From contig VGLU01000002.1 in the NCBI GenBank assembly GCA_016882195.1, positions 107,884 to 171,883 of the forward strand: a stretch of DNA of 64,000 nucleotides, given 5' to 3'. Under the pieces are notes generated by a model that made no database searches, was not told the origin of the DNA, and saw only the letters and a list, made by a program, of their open reading frames with translations. Positions 28,749 through 39,059 of this stretch are shown here, one piece after another (position 1 is the stretch's first letter; every line of letters starts with the position of its first letter). A program made the translations under genes and the position numbers. The DNA is from Thermoproteota archaeon. Lineage in GTDB: Archaea; Thermoproteota; Methanomethylicia; Methanomethylicales; Methanomethylicaceae.

Positions 28749-29921
28749 ATGACAGGAATCGATTATGAGCTCTCCATTCTCAAGGAATTGGTCACGATAG
28801 ACACCGATGTCACCAAGAAGACGGGGTACTCTGAGTGTGCCTCTCTACTGTCAAATAGAATGCGCGAACTCGACTTGAAGGTGGAGATCTTCGATCCCGT
28901 GGATAAGGTAGGGGATGGAAAACCAAGACCCAACGTCATAGGAACGTTGGATGTGGGAGCAGAAGAGACAATAGGGCTTATCACCCACTATGACGTGGTT
29001 CCCCTAGGGGGCAACTGGACCAAGGATCCATTCAAGCTTACCGTTGAGGGCGATAGGGCATATGGCAGGGGCGCCGCCGACGACAAGAGCGCCATAGCTG
29101 CCTGCCTCGGCGCCATCAACCTCGTCAGGGATACCGCAAGGTTCAACGTCAAGTTGATCGCATCGCCGGAGGAGGAGATCGGGGGCGGATGGGGGATAGG
29201 CTACATCATGGGCGAGGTGGGCTTAAGGTTCAACTTTGGGGTCGTGGTGGATTCCATGCCAAACTTCATCTCCATCGGCGCCAGCGGGGTCTTCTTCGGC
29301 GAGATCAGGGTATTCGGCAAACAGGGGCACGCAGGTTATCTGCACAGAGCAGACAACCCTATACCCAAACTGTCCAGACTCATCACTGCCTTTGATGAGT
29401 TCGCGAGGATGCGGGAACGTAAACTATCCGTGGTGGACGCCCCGCCCGACTCTCCCAAGAAGAAGGTCTGGGGGAGGATTTCCTTTACCATGATGGGAGG
29501 TGGAGAGAAGGAGAACATCATCCCAGGGGAGGCTTGGACAAGGTTTGATATGCGCCTGCTTCCCGACGAGGACCCTGACGAGGCGCGCTTCGAGTTGCTC
29601 GCCTTCTTCGACAAGACGAAGGAGAAGCTCAAGATAGACGCAAAACTCTCCTTCGGCAATTTTAGTGCGGGGTACCTCACAAACCCCTCAGAGCCCTTCG
29701 TCAGGCGTTTTGCAGACGCAACCGCCTCCGTCTTCGGCTCCCCTCTGCCCATCGCCGCCTCCTTGGGAGGGGACGACGGGAAGTTCCTCGCCGACAAAAA
29801 TATCCCGGTCATCAGCTATGGCGCCATAGCCGAGGACTCTCACTTCCACGGGGTCGACGAGTTTGTGCGCCTCAAGGACCTTCAGAACGTGAGAGACGTC
29901 TTCGTCCGCCTCATCGGATAG
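28749..29921 (+). CDS. M20/ArgE-DapE family metallohydrolase
   Basis: THYDVVP, YGRGAADDK, PEEEIGG, GKQGHAG, ENIIPG, HGVDE. Confidence 0.9.
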   Translation: MTGIDYELSILKELVTIDTDVTKKTGYSECASLLSNRMRELDLKVEIFDPVDKVGDGKPRPNVIGTLDVGAEETIGLITHYDVVPLGGNWTKDPFKLTVEGDRAYGRGAADDKSAIAACLGAINLVRDTARFNVKLIASPEEEIGGGWGIGYIMGEVGLRFNFGVVVDSMPNFISIGASGVFFGEIRVFGKQGHAGYLHRADNPIPKLSRLITAFDEFARMRERKLSVVDAPPDSPKKKVWGRISFTMMGGGEKENIIPGEAWTRFDMRLLPDEDPDEARFELLAFFDKTKEKLKIDAKLSFGNFSAGYLTNPSEPFVRRFADATASVFGSPLPIAASLGGDDGKFLADKNIPVISYGAIAEDSHFHGVDEFVRLKDLQNVRDVFVRLIG

Positions 29922-29952
29922 TTTTTAAACCTCCATCCATTTACCTCCTTTT

Positions 29953-31053
29953 ATGAAACCCTTCCTCGTCATAGCCACGATCAATGAACTCGCCAACCTT
30001 AAGGGGCTGATTGAGGAACTGTGCACCACCTCGACCAAGGTTATAGTCGTAGACGAGGGCGACGAGTCCATCAGGGCTCGGAACGAAAGGATCCTTAAGA
30101 GCGTAAATAGGGCATACTACGGTCCCAGAGAGAGAAGGGAGTGGTTCAGGGAAAGGTTTGGTAAAAACTACGAGAAGTTCCTATCGGTAATTCCTGAAAG
30201 GGCGCACGCAGAGACGAGCTTCGGCTTCCTTGTTGCCTATGAGGAGGGCGCAGACTTCATTATCGAGCTTGATGATGATGTTTTTATGAAAGGCCTAATC
30301 GAAGGTCACAGGTTCAACCTATTCGGCGAGACTGGAGAGACGGTCTCTTCAGGGTCAAGATGGTACAATACCATGGACGCCATTGCTCTGAACGAGAAAG
30401 GCAGGTTCTTCCCGAGGGGGCATCCGTACTCTCCCGAGACCAGGGTCGAGGACTACAAGTGGAGCAAAACAGGTGGCAGATGCGTACTCAATATGGGGCA
30501 CTGGATAGGCAACCCAGACTTCGACGCCCTGACAGTCCTGTACCACGGCGGTCTCGATGGCAGATGTCACATTAAGGGAACCAAGCTAAAGCAAGACAAG
30601 GTGATCCTCGGCAAGGGGACGTACTTTGCCGTCTGTAGCATGAATGCAGCCTTTATACCAAAGGCGGTTCCTGCCTTCTACCAGCTCTACATGAACACGA
30701 TGGGCGTAGACCGGTTCGACGACATATGGTCGGGAATATTCCTGAAGAGGGTGGCGGACCATCTGGGCGACAGAGTATGCCTCGGTAGACCTGTCGGCAT
30801 CCACGACAAGAGACCAAGGAGCATCTTCAAGGACCTGAAGAAGGAGATGGATGGAATGATAATGAACGAAACGGTCTGGCGAATGATGGAAGGTGACATT
30901 GAGGGCACCTCCTACTCCGACGCTTACCTCTCTCTTACACACCTCCTGGAGACTGGAGCCGCGAAACTTGATGACGAAAATTACCGGCGGTTTCTCAGAC
31001 TACAGGTAGAGAAGATGCGTCTCTGGGTCGAGGCAGTGTCCACTATAGGATGA
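29953..31053 (+). CDS. Reversibly glycosylated polypeptide / UDP-arabinopyranose mutase-like protein (GT75)
   Basis: ELDDD, PRGHPYS, LNMGHWIGNPDFDA, VCSMNAAF, RFDDIWSGIFLKRVADHLG. Confidence 0.75.
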   Translation: MKPFLVIATINELANLKGLIEELCTTSTKVIVVDEGDESIRARNERILKSVNRAYYGPRERREWFRERFGKNYEKFLSVIPERAHAETSFGFLVAYEEGADFIIELDDDVFMKGLIEGHRFNLFGETGETVSSGSRWYNTMDAIALNEKGRFFPRGHPYSPETRVEDYKWSKTGGRCVLNMGHWIGNPDFDALTVLYHGGLDGRCHIKGTKLKQDKVILGKGTYFAVCSMNAAFIPKAVPAFYQLYMNTMGVDRFDDIWSGIFLKRVADHLGDRVCLGRPVGIHDKRPRSIFKDLKKEMDGMIMNETVWRMMEGDIEGTSYSDAYLSLTHLLETGAAKLDDENYRRFLRLQVEKMRLWVEAVSTIG

Positions 31054-31510
31054 GCCCGAAACCTAGGACCGCCACGGTCACTATTACAGCTACCCCCAGT
31101 ACACCAAGGACAATTGCGGCAAATGCCCTCTTGATCTCCATGCCAAAAAGGTACGCTATGACGCTGCTGGTCCACGCCCCTGTACCGAGGATGGGCACCG
31201 CAACAAATATCACCAAGCCCCAGAAACCGTACCTGTCAACCTGGGACTTAGACTTCTTTGAGAGACTGAGAATATACCTCACAAATGCCCTCTTCACGGG
31301 GTTTTCGTCTTTTCTCCTCATTATCCATCCTTCGATCTTGCTCAGAAAGATCAACAGGAAGGGCACAGGCAATATGTTGCCAAGGAGCGACACCAGAAAG
31401 ACCGTTGGCACATCAATGCCTGCAAAGATCCCATACGGTATAGATCCCCTACACTCCAAAATTGGCGAAATCGCGATCAGCAAGACGTATAGGATCTGGG
31501 GAACGTCCAT
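31043..31510 (-). CDS. Putative small multidrug export protein (COG2426)
   Basis: PILECRGSIP, GNILPVPF, YGFWGLVIFVAVPILGTGAWT. Confidence 0.85.
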   Translation of the reverse strand: MDVPQILYVLLIAISPILECRGSIPYGIFAGIDVPTVFLVSLLGNILPVPFLLIFLSKIEGWIMRRKDENPVKRAFVRYILSLSKKSKSQVDRYGFWGLVIFVAVPILGTGAWTSSVIAYLFGMEIKRAFAAIVLGVLGVAVIVTVAVLGFGLIL

Positions 31511-31605
31511 CTCTTCAGCCTCTCCTGTCAAATCTGTCTTTTTTTGATAGAGGTAAACCTCTGCCTTTAAAATTATTTATAGAATGCCATACCTAAATAC
31601 TCGCA

Positions 31606-32358
31606 GTGGCGAGAATGAGGGCTATAATACTGGCTGGTGGCTACGCAAAGCGGCTGTGGCCCCTAACCCTTGAACGACCAAAACCGCTATTGCCGATAGG
31701 CGACGGCTACATCCTTGACTTCATAATTGCAAAAATTAAAGCCATCGAAGAGATCAAGGATATTATTATATCTACCAACAAGCGGTTTGAGGGCAAGTTT
31801 ATCGAATGGGTGAACGAGAGGGGGCATCGCAACATCGCGGTATTCCCCGAACCATCCCTTAAGGAGGAGGAGAAGCTTGGTCCTGTAAAGGCGTTGGATC
31901 TGATTTTGGGGGATGTTGCACCCGATGACTGCCTCATCGCCGCCGGTGACAACCTATTCTCCCTCGACCTAACCAAGATGGTCTACTTTTACACGAAGAT
32001 GAGGTCGCCCGTCATAGCACTCTACGAGGTCGCCAGCCCGGAACTTGCAAAACAGTATGCGTGCGTGGAGCTCGACAAGCAGTCCCGCATAAGGGGTTTC
32101 ACGGAGAAGCCCGCTCAGCCGAGGAGCCTCTTGGCATCTACGGGAATATACCTTCTGCCATGGAGCAGCCTATCAAAAATTAAGGCATACTTGGCGGAGG
32201 GCAATCCGCCTGATCCCATCGGACGATTTATTGGGTGGCTCACAGAGCATGAGCGCGCCTACGGATTCAAGTTCTCGGGCTACTGGTGCGACATAGGTTC
32301 GATGGAGTCCTACAGGTCCGCCCAAGAAGACTTCAAGGGCAGATCATATAGATCCTGA
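31606..32358 (+). CDS. Sugar-phosphate nucleotidyltransferase
   Basis: AIILAGGYAKRLWPLT, PKPLLPIG, AGDN, FTEKP, WCDIGS. Confidence 0.9.
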   Translation: MARMRAIILAGGYAKRLWPLTLERPKPLLPIGDGYILDFIIAKIKAIEEIKDIIISTNKRFEGKFIEWVNERGHRNIAVFPEPSLKEEEKLGPVKALDLILGDVAPDDCLIAAGDNLFSLDLTKMVYFYTKMRSPVIALYEVASPELAKQYACVELDKQSRIRGFTEKPAQPRSLLASTGIYLLPWSSLSKIKAYLAEGNPPDPIGRFIGWLTEHERAYGFKFSGYWCDIGSMESYRSAQEDFKGRSYRS

Positions 32359-32378
32359 TAAAACAGGCAAGCAAATAT

Positions 32379-33368
32379 CTAGCAGCAAGACTGTCGCGAG
32401 TGTTTTCTCTCCCCGCCAATGGGTCCGATCTTCTCCTCGAACCACTCTAAGGTTCTGAGCAGCCCTTCCCTTATGCCCGTCTTCGCCCTCCATCCAAGTT
32501 CTCGCTCTGCCTTGCTGACATCCGGCTGGGTCAGTTCCATGTCGCCAAGCCACGCAACACCACCCCTCGCCGTTACCTCCACACCCCTCAGACCAAGGAT
32601 GCCGAGCATCATCTCCGCCAACTGGAACACGGTATAGGACTCCCCCAAACCGATGTTGTAGGCCTCGCCCTTGCATGCTGCCTTCTCAGGCGCCATCAGG
32701 AGAGCCTCGACTGCGTCGTCTATGTACAGGTAGTCCTTTAACTGATTGCCACTCCCCAACACCTCAAGCCTCCCTGGGTCCCTCAACAGCCTTCTATAAA
32801 GGTCTATCATTACTCCCTTGTTGGTCCCGGGACCATAGATGTTGAAGAGTCGCAGGGTGACGGTTGGCACCCCGAACAACTCGCTATAAACCCTGCAGTA
32901 GTTCTCAGCCGCCATCTTTGACAGCCCGTAGAAGGAGTAGGGCACCAGGGACTCGTCCTCCGGCGTCGGGGTCTTGTTCACCCTCCCGTAGACAGCCGCC
33001 GATGAGGCAAAAACGACCTTACTTCCAGAATCCTTGGCAGCTCTTAAAACGTTTAGAGTTCCCTCTATATTGATCTCCATGTCCAGGTCTGGCCTCTCTG
33101 TTGAAACTGGCACGAGCGACTGTGCTGCTAGGTGATAGATCAGGTTACATCCCTTCGCCGCCTCGCTGACCGCCCTTGCGTCCCTGACATCCCCCTTGAC
33201 GAACTCCACAGCCCCTGTCTTGATCAGTTCTGATATGTTCGAAAGGCTACCTGTTGAGAGATCATCAAGTACCCTGACGAGATCTCCCCTCTCCACGAGG
33301 CGCCCTATTAGTTTTGGACCTATGAACCCTGCCCCCCCAGTCACGAGAACCAGCAATGGCAATGGCAC
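32379..33368 (-). CDS. NAD-dependent epimerase/dehydratase (GalE-like)
   Basis: TGGAGFIG, HLAA, ASSAAVYG, YGLSK, FNIYGP. Confidence 0.9.
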   Translation of the reverse strand: MPLPLLVLVTGGAGFIGPKLIGRLVERGDLVRVLDDLSTGSLSNISELIKTGAVEFVKGDVRDARAVSEAAKGCNLIYHLAAQSLVPVSTERPDLDMEINIEGTLNVLRAAKDSGSKVVFASSAAVYGRVNKTPTPEDESLVPYSFYGLSKMAAENYCRVYSELFGVPTVTLRLFNIYGPGTNKGVMIDLYRRLLRDPGRLEVLGSGNQLKDYLYIDDAVEALLMAPEKAACKGEAYNIGLGESYTVFQLAEMMLGILGLRGVEVTARGGVAWLGDMELTQPDVSKAERELGWRAKTGIREGLLRTLEWFEEKIGPIGGERKHSRQSCC

Positions 33369-33551
33369 CTATCCAATAAGAGATGGGAGGGGGGCGGTAT
33401 TAATAATGTTACGGTCTTGGCGTTATCGGCTATCTGAGGGCTGGAACGCCATCCATTAAATGAGCGCTCAAAACTCGATATCTGCGAGCGTTGCCCTTTT
33501 ATAAGTTAAAGATAACCTTTAATTAGGCAAGCATTAAATCTTAAACAAAAA

Positions 33552-34742
33552 TTGCAGAAAGGATCTAACTTGAGATACTTCACGAGCCCATACAACTTTC
33601 TCCAGCAGGAGTGTAGGAGGGTCAAGATCTATGATACTACGCTCAGAGACGGTGAGCAGACCCCAGGCGTAAAGTTCACCAAAGAGCAGAAGGTACAGAT
33701 CGCCAAGAAGCTTGACGAGCTGGGGGTGAACACCATTGAGGCAGGCTTCCCAGTGATCTCTCCCTTTGATGAGGAGGCCGTTAAGGCCGTTGCATCTGAA
33801 CGCCTCAGCGCCGACGTTATCTGCCTCTGTCGATCGAAGCAGAAGGACATAGACGCTGCGCTGAGGGCTGACGTTGATGGTGTTATAATATTCCTCGCGG
33901 TTTCTGATCTGCACCTAAAGTATAAACTCCACACGGATCTGATGAGCGCTGTAAATATGGCGGCAGAGTCCATCACGTACGCCAAGAGTCATGGGCTCTT
34001 CGTGCAGCTCTCGGCCGAGGACGCAACAAGGACCTCCATGGATTCTCTGACCGCCCTCTACAGCGCTGCCGAGGAGAGGGGGGCGGACAGGCTGGGCATA
34101 GCGGACACCACCGGCTGCATAAGGCCGAGAGGAATGTATTACTTGGTAGAGTCTCTAAGGAAGATCTTTGATCTGGAGCTCTCCGTACACTGCCACGATG
34201 ACTTCGGTCTAGCCGTGGCGAACTCCCTTGCAGCCTACGAGGCCGGCATCGATGCGATCTCGGTCTCGGTCAACGGTCTCGGGGAGAGGTGTGGGAATGC
34301 CTCTCTGGAGGAGGTGGTGATGTCCCTCTACGCTTTATACGGGGTGGATCTCAAGTTCAGAATCAAGGCGTTAAGGGAACTCTCCGAAATGGTGTCCCGA
34401 TTCTCCGGCGTCCCAATACCAATCAACAAGGCGGTAGTAGGAACAAACGCCTTTAGGCACGAGTCAGGCATACACGTTGCTGCCATAATGAAGAACCCGT
34501 TTACCTACGAATCCTATGAGCCACAGCTGGTTGGGCAGGAGAGGGCATTGGTGTTCGGCAGGCACTCTGGAACAGATGGTGTAAGGCTGAAGATCGAATC
34601 CCTCGGCTACAAGGTTACCGATGAGGAACTTGCCGAAATAATCAAGAGATTAAAAACATTGCCAATAGATGCCCCCATTATAGACAACAGTAGTCTCTGC
34701 AACTTCGTAAAGAAGGTGCTCTCTGAGAGGACTCAAAGGTGA
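33552..34742 (+). CDS. aksA: Homocitrate synthase-like (AksA; DRE-TIM family without C-terminal regulatory domain)
   Basis: DTTLRDGEQTPG, IEAGFP, HCHDDFGLA, GERCGNA, FRHESGIH; ~390 aa, lacking LeuA/CimA allosteric domain; SPYN N-terminus; start may be 33570. Confidence 0.8.
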   Translation: MQKGSNLRYFTSPYNFLQQECRRVKIYDTTLRDGEQTPGVKFTKEQKVQIAKKLDELGVNTIEAGFPVISPFDEEAVKAVASERLSADVICLCRSKQKDIDAALRADVDGVIIFLAVSDLHLKYKLHTDLMSAVNMAAESITYAKSHGLFVQLSAEDATRTSMDSLTALYSAAEERGADRLGIADTTGCIRPRGMYYLVESLRKIFDLELSVHCHDDFGLAVANSLAAYEAGIDAISVSVNGLGERCGNASLEEVVMSLYALYGVDLKFRIKALRELSEMVSRFSGVPIPINKAVVGTNAFRHESGIHVAAIMKNPFTYESYEPQLVGQERALVFGRHSGTDGVRLKIESLGYKVTDEELAEIIKRLKTLPIDAPIIDNSSLCNFVKKVLSERTQR

Positions 34743-35569
34743 GCAACAACCTCTACTCCCTGGCAACATCTAATAGAGCAAAGGTGGCCATAGGGGTCGA
34801 CTCAAAACTGCCATCCGCAGAGATGGTCATTAACTCCGCCCTCTTTGCCAGGAGGGAGGGCTATGCAGAGCCCGTGCTGATTTCCGACGGAAAGATAAGC
34901 GACGTTCTCTCGCCCGGTGGGATCGTTGGTAATGAGATACCACTCATAATAGACAAAACTCCGGAGAGGACCTTCGTGGAACTCTTGAAGGAGGGTGCTG
35001 TGGACGTCGCCGTCAGGGGGAACCTCGGCTCCAGAATACTCATCCCGCTACTTCGCTCAGAGTTCAAATGTAAGAACCTATGCCGCGTGACGATTCTCGA
35101 TGTTGGTGGCAGGCTTGTAATGCTAGCCCCCGTGGGGATAGAGGAGGGAGACTCACTGGAGGACCTGCTGACAATAGCCAGGCACTGCATGTGGCTTGCT
35201 GTAAAATTAGGCATTCCGTATAAGATAGCGGTTCTCTCGGGCGGCAGGATCGAGGATAAGGGACGCAGCAAGAAGGTTGACAGAATGCTCTCCACGTCGG
35301 CTTTGCTGACGCGTACCCTTAGGAAAAAGGGAATGGACGCAGAGAACTTCGGCATTGAGCTGGAGAGGGGTGTGGATGGCGACGCCACTCTGCTCTTAGC
35401 CCCAGATGGCATCCTCGGGAACATTATCTTCAGATCCCTCGTTCTTGTGGCAAACGTGGAGAGCTTCGGTGCCTATGCTGCGGCACTTCCAAGGGTTTAT
35501 ATCGACACCTCAAGGGCAAAGGCCAGTTACTTATTACCGATAATCCTTGCCAGCGCGCTCAGTAAATAA
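34739..35569 (+). CDS. mtxX: Methanogenesis marker protein 4 (MtxX), phosphotransacylase-like fold
   Basis: AVRGNL, APVGIEEG, AVLSGGRIEDKGRS, APDGILGNIIFRSL, YIDTSR; GTGA overlap with aksA. Confidence 0.85.
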   Translation: MSNNLYSLATSNRAKVAIGVDSKLPSAEMVINSALFARREGYAEPVLISDGKISDVLSPGGIVGNEIPLIIDKTPERTFVELLKEGAVDVAVRGNLGSRILIPLLRSEFKCKNLCRVTILDVGGRLVMLAPVGIEEGDSLEDLLTIARHCMWLAVKLGIPYKIAVLSGGRIEDKGRSKKVDRMLSTSALLTRTLRKKGMDAENFGIELERGVDGDATLLLAPDGILGNIIFRSLVLVANVESFGAYAAALPRVYIDTSRAKASYLLPIILASALSK

Positions 35570-35676
35570 CTGGCGATTGAGCGCTAGAACAGATTTCTGG
35601 CAATAACATTGAAAAGGGATCATGCTCTACGACAACTAAAAATATTCGCCCACCTTGTTAATAAGATGAGGTTCCA

Positions 35677-36915
35677 ATGTTGGGCAGCACTGCCGTAGAG
35701 AAGATCATCGCCAACGCTGTCGGTCGGAGGGTCCGCGTGGGGGAGTTCGTTGAGGTCCCCGTGGACTTCTCATACTTCCACGACGGAACGGGTCCGTTGA
35801 TCATCGACGCACTCAAGAGGATGGGCGTTGAGAAGATCAAGGATCCAGACAGGGTGGGTATAGTTTTTGACCACTCGGTGCCCCCCTACAGCGACCAGGC
35901 GGCAACGCTCCAGGCAAAGGTGAGGAAGTTCGCAAGGGATCAGGGCATACCAAAGTTCCACGACTTAGGGGAGGGGATCTGCCACCAAGTCGTACCAGAG
36001 ATGGGATACGTCTCACCGGGCATGGTAGTTATAGGGGCGGACTCGCACAGCTGCACGCTCGGATGCTTCGGTCTCTTCTCAACGGGGGTCGGAGCCACCG
36101 ACCTTGCCTACATATTGGCAACGGGAAGGATCTGGCTGAAGGTTCCCGAGACCCTTGGGATAGACTGCAAAGGAAGGCTGAGCGGGAAGGTCTCGTCCAA
36201 GGACCTCATACTTGAGATAGTGCGAATGGTGGGAACCGATGGCGCAACCTACAAGGCGCTCGAGTTCTCCGGAGCGGCAGTCAGACATATGTCCCAGTCC
36301 TCTAGGATGACCGTGTCCAACATGGCGGTGGAGATGGGGGCAAAGACGGGGTTCATAGAGGCCGACTTGAAGACCTTTGAGTTTCTGGGGAGGGAGGGGA
36401 AGACCTTCAGGACCGATACCAAAGTGGAGAGGATAAGGGTGGACGCGGGGTCCCTCGAACCAAAGGTCGCATGCCCCGGCAGTGTTGCGAACGTGAAACC
36501 CGTCTATGAGGTTGAGGGCACCCACATCGACCAAGCGTTCTTGGGCTCCTGCACCAACGGAAGGTACGAGGATCTGTTCGAGGCCGCAAAGATTGTAAGG
36601 GGAAGGAAGGTTCACAGGGATACGCGCTTCATAGTGATCCCGGCGTCCAAGTCCACCTACCTGAAGGCTCAGAAGGACGGTCTAATGGACATATTCTTGA
36701 AAGCCGGGGCCATAATAGGCGTCACGGGCTGCGGACCGTGCCTTGGGGTCCACATGGGTGTTCTTGGCGATAATGAGGTATGCATCTCAACGTCGAACAG
36801 GAACTTCATCGGAAGGATGGGTAGCGTCAAGTCCTCGGTCTACCTGGCATCGGCGCAGACCGTGGCTGCCTCCGCGGTTGAGGGCAGGATCACCGACCCA
36901 AGGAGGTTCTCTTAA
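35677..36915 (+). CDS. aksD: Homoaconitase/isopropylmalate isomerase large subunit
   Basis: [48 protein letters not shown]. Confidence 0.82.
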   Translation: MLGSTAVEKIIANAVGRRVRVGEFVEVPVDFSYFHDGTGPLIIDALKRMGVEKIKDPDRVGIVFDHSVPPYSDQAATLQAKVRKFARDQGIPKFHDLGEGICHQVVPEMGYVSPGMVVIGADSHSCTLGCFGLFSTGVGATDLAYILATGRIWLKVPETLGIDCKGRLSGKVSSKDLILEIVRMVGTDGATYKALEFSGAAVRHMSQSSRMTVSNMAVEMGAKTGFIEADLKTFEFLGREGKTFRTDTKVERIRVDAGSLEPKVACPGSVANVKPVYEVEGTHIDQAFLGSCTNGRYEDLFEAAKIVRGRKVHRDTRFIVIPASKSTYLKAQKDGLMDIFLKAGAIIGVTGCGPCLGVHMGVLGDNEVCISTSNRNFIGRMGSVKSSVYLASAQTVAASAVEGRITDPRRFS

Positions 36916-37400
36916 TGATAAAGGGAAGTGTATGGAAGTTCGGGGACGATGTGGATACCGACGTGATAATACCCGCGAAGTACCTGCGGTCGGTTGATCA
37001 GACGGTCTGGCCGAAGCACCTCCTCGAGGGGCTGGATCCGACATTCAGCTCCAAGGTTAAGACAGGGAACATAATCGTCGCTGGCAGGAACTTCGGCTGC
37101 GGATCCAGCAGGGAGCAGGCCGCGCTCGCCATAAAGTGGGCGGGGGTCTCCGCCGTCGTTGCAGAATCCTTCGCCAGGATATTCTTCCGGAATGCGATAA
37201 ACAACGGGCTGCCTTTGGTAGAGTGCAAGGGCATAAGCAAGGCCGTTGACGAGGGGGACGTCATAGAGATAGACCTCGACAGCGGCAATGTAAAAACAAA
37301 GAAGGGCATCCTAAGATCATCGCCGCTCCCTCCCTTCCTCAAGGAGATACTGAAGAGCGGCGGTCTGGTGGAGTATTACAAAGCAAAGAGGGCGGTGTGA
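36915..37400 (+). CDS. aksE: Homoaconitase small subunit
   Basis: [15 protein letters not shown] (YLR[T/S] loop typical of methanogen homoaconitase), [25 protein letters not shown]. Confidence 0.8.
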   Translation: MIKGSVWKFGDDVDTDVIIPAKYLRSVDQTVWPKHLLEGLDPTFSSKVKTGNIIVAGRNFGCGSSREQAALAIKWAGVSAVVAESFARIFFRNAINNGLPLVECKGISKAVDEGDVIEIDLDSGNVKTKKGILRSSPLPPFLKEILKSGGLVEYYKAKRAV

Positions 37401-39010
37401 CCACTTTGCCAAAATCCGCATCCTCGACCGGCGGCCCTCCGAACACATCCGAGGTCGTAGTGAAGGCCCTCGAGAGGTTCGGCATTGGGGTGGCCTTCGG
37501 TATGCCAGGGATGTGGTCCCTTCCGCTATATGATGCGCTCTCCACCTCAAAGATAAGGCACATCCTAGTCAGGCATGAGCAGTTTGCGGTCTATGCCGCA
37601 GATGGATACGCGAGGGTCTCTGGAAAACCTGGCTTTTGCATAGGCACCGCAGGTCCTGGCGCCGTAAACATAGCCGCCGGCATGGCCGTGCCTTACCGCG
37701 ACCACTCTCCAGTGATCGCCGTAACCGGGCAGGTCCCGACCTACGAGCAGGGCAAGGGCTGGATAGAAGATCTGGATCTGCAGGCAATATTCAAGCCGAT
37801 CACGAAGTTTACCGCCCAGGTTACAGATCCTGCGTCCGCCTACGATCTCTTGGCTACCGCCTTCCTTTCATCCGTGGAGGGATGTCCAGGCCCGTCACAC
37901 GTCAGCGTACCTGGAGACGTCCAAAAGTTACCCTCAAGGGCTAAGGATTACATCCCAGTTCCATCAAAGCCCGAGCCAGACCCTGCTACGATCGATCTTG
38001 TAATAGACGCGGTCTCCTCCTCAAGGGTTCCGCTGATCTTGGCGGGGTGGGGGGCGGTCCAGTCGGGCGCCTCTGAGGGCGTAATGAAGCTAGCAGAGGC
38101 CATACGCTCTCCCGTCGCAACCTCGTACATGGGGAGGGGAATAATCCCAGAGGATAGCCGGCTCGCCCTTGGTCCGGCTGGCAGGAGGGGAACCAAGGCT
38201 GCCAATGCCGCTCTGGCCTCCTGTGACCTGCTGATAGCCCTTGGCTGTAGGCTTACCAACCTCACGGTTGACACCGCAATAAACTGCAAGGTGATCCAGG
38301 TGGATGTCGATGATGGGAACTTCTCGGTCCTGGCCTCGATAAAGGTGAGAAGCGACGTCTCCCTCTTCATAGATGCTGTTCTGCCCCGCCTCAAATCAAT
38401 GAGGCGCGCTTCCACCCCTGTGGCTAGACCCGCTGGTGTGGCTAAGGAAGTGGAAGGCAAGGCGCCAGAATTCGCAAGGGCTCTGTCGTCCTTCTCCGAT
38501 GCCATATTCTCGGTGGACATAGGACAGCACACCATATGGCTGATGCAGGCGTTAAAGGTCAAGCGACCCAGGCACGTCCTCTTCTCCGGAAACCTCTCCG
38601 CCATGGGCTACTCCCTGCCCGCTGCCATAGGTGCCAAGGCGGCGTCCCCCAGGAGCAAGGTGATCGTTGTAACGGGCGATGGGGGCTTCCAGATGACCGC
38701 CCCGGAGCTCTCAACCATGAAGGAGAACGGAATAAACGTGGCGGTCTGCGTCTTCAACAACAGATCCCTAGGTCTGATAAGGCAGCTTCAGGAGAGGACG
38801 TACGGAAGATCGCACGGCGTGGACTACTCTGCGCCTCCAGACTACGTCAAGCTGGCGGAGGCCTACGGCGTCATGGGCATCAAGGCGGACTCTCCGTCCG
38901 ACGTGGTAGATGCTCTGCGGGTTGTGGACGAGCCCATTGTCGTGGAGATTCCCATCCCGAGGAAGGAGGGGGTCGAGATGTCAAGACCGAGGACCCTCGA
39001 CAAAGAATGA
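37397..39010 (+). CDS. Thiamine diphosphate-dependent enzyme, AHAS/2-oxoacid decarboxylase family (non-canonical AHAS)
   Basis: [32 protein letters not shown]...NN; lacks AHAS FQE, RFDDR and MVRQWQ motifs; GTGA overlap with aksE. Confidence 0.85.
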   Translation: MTTLPKSASSTGGPPNTSEVVVKALERFGIGVAFGMPGMWSLPLYDALSTSKIRHILVRHEQFAVYAADGYARVSGKPGFCIGTAGPGAVNIAAGMAVPYRDHSPVIAVTGQVPTYEQGKGWIEDLDLQAIFKPITKFTAQVTDPASAYDLLATAFLSSVEGCPGPSHVSVPGDVQKLPSRAKDYIPVPSKPEPDPATIDLVIDAVSSSRVPLILAGWGAVQSGASEGVMKLAEAIRSPVATSYMGRGIIPEDSRLALGPAGRRGTKAANAALASCDLLIALGCRLTNLTVDTAINCKVIQVDVDDGNFSVLASIKVRSDVSLFIDAVLPRLKSMRRASTPVARPAGVAKEVEGKAPEFARALSSFSDAIFSVDIGQHTIWLMQALKVKRPRHVLFSGNLSAMGYSLPAAIGAKAASPRSKVIVVTGDGGFQMTAPELSTMKENGINVAVCVFNNRSLGLIRQLQERTYGRSHGVDYSAPPDYVKLAEAYGVMGIKADSPSDVVDALRVVDEPIVVEIPIPRKEGVEMSRPRTLDKE

Positions 39011-39059
39011 TAATTAATATGAGAAGCCACAAAACTAAACAAGCGGGGGCCTTCCTTCC

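Noticed and set aside
33552-39010. Reading the cluster as leuA-leuC-leuD-ilvB (branched-chain amino acid synthesis)
   Set aside because: The synthase lacks the allosteric domain, the small subunit has YLRS, the ThDP enzyme lacks AHAS motifs and ilvH, and methanogenesis markers are interleaved. Disfavoured, though not formally excluded.
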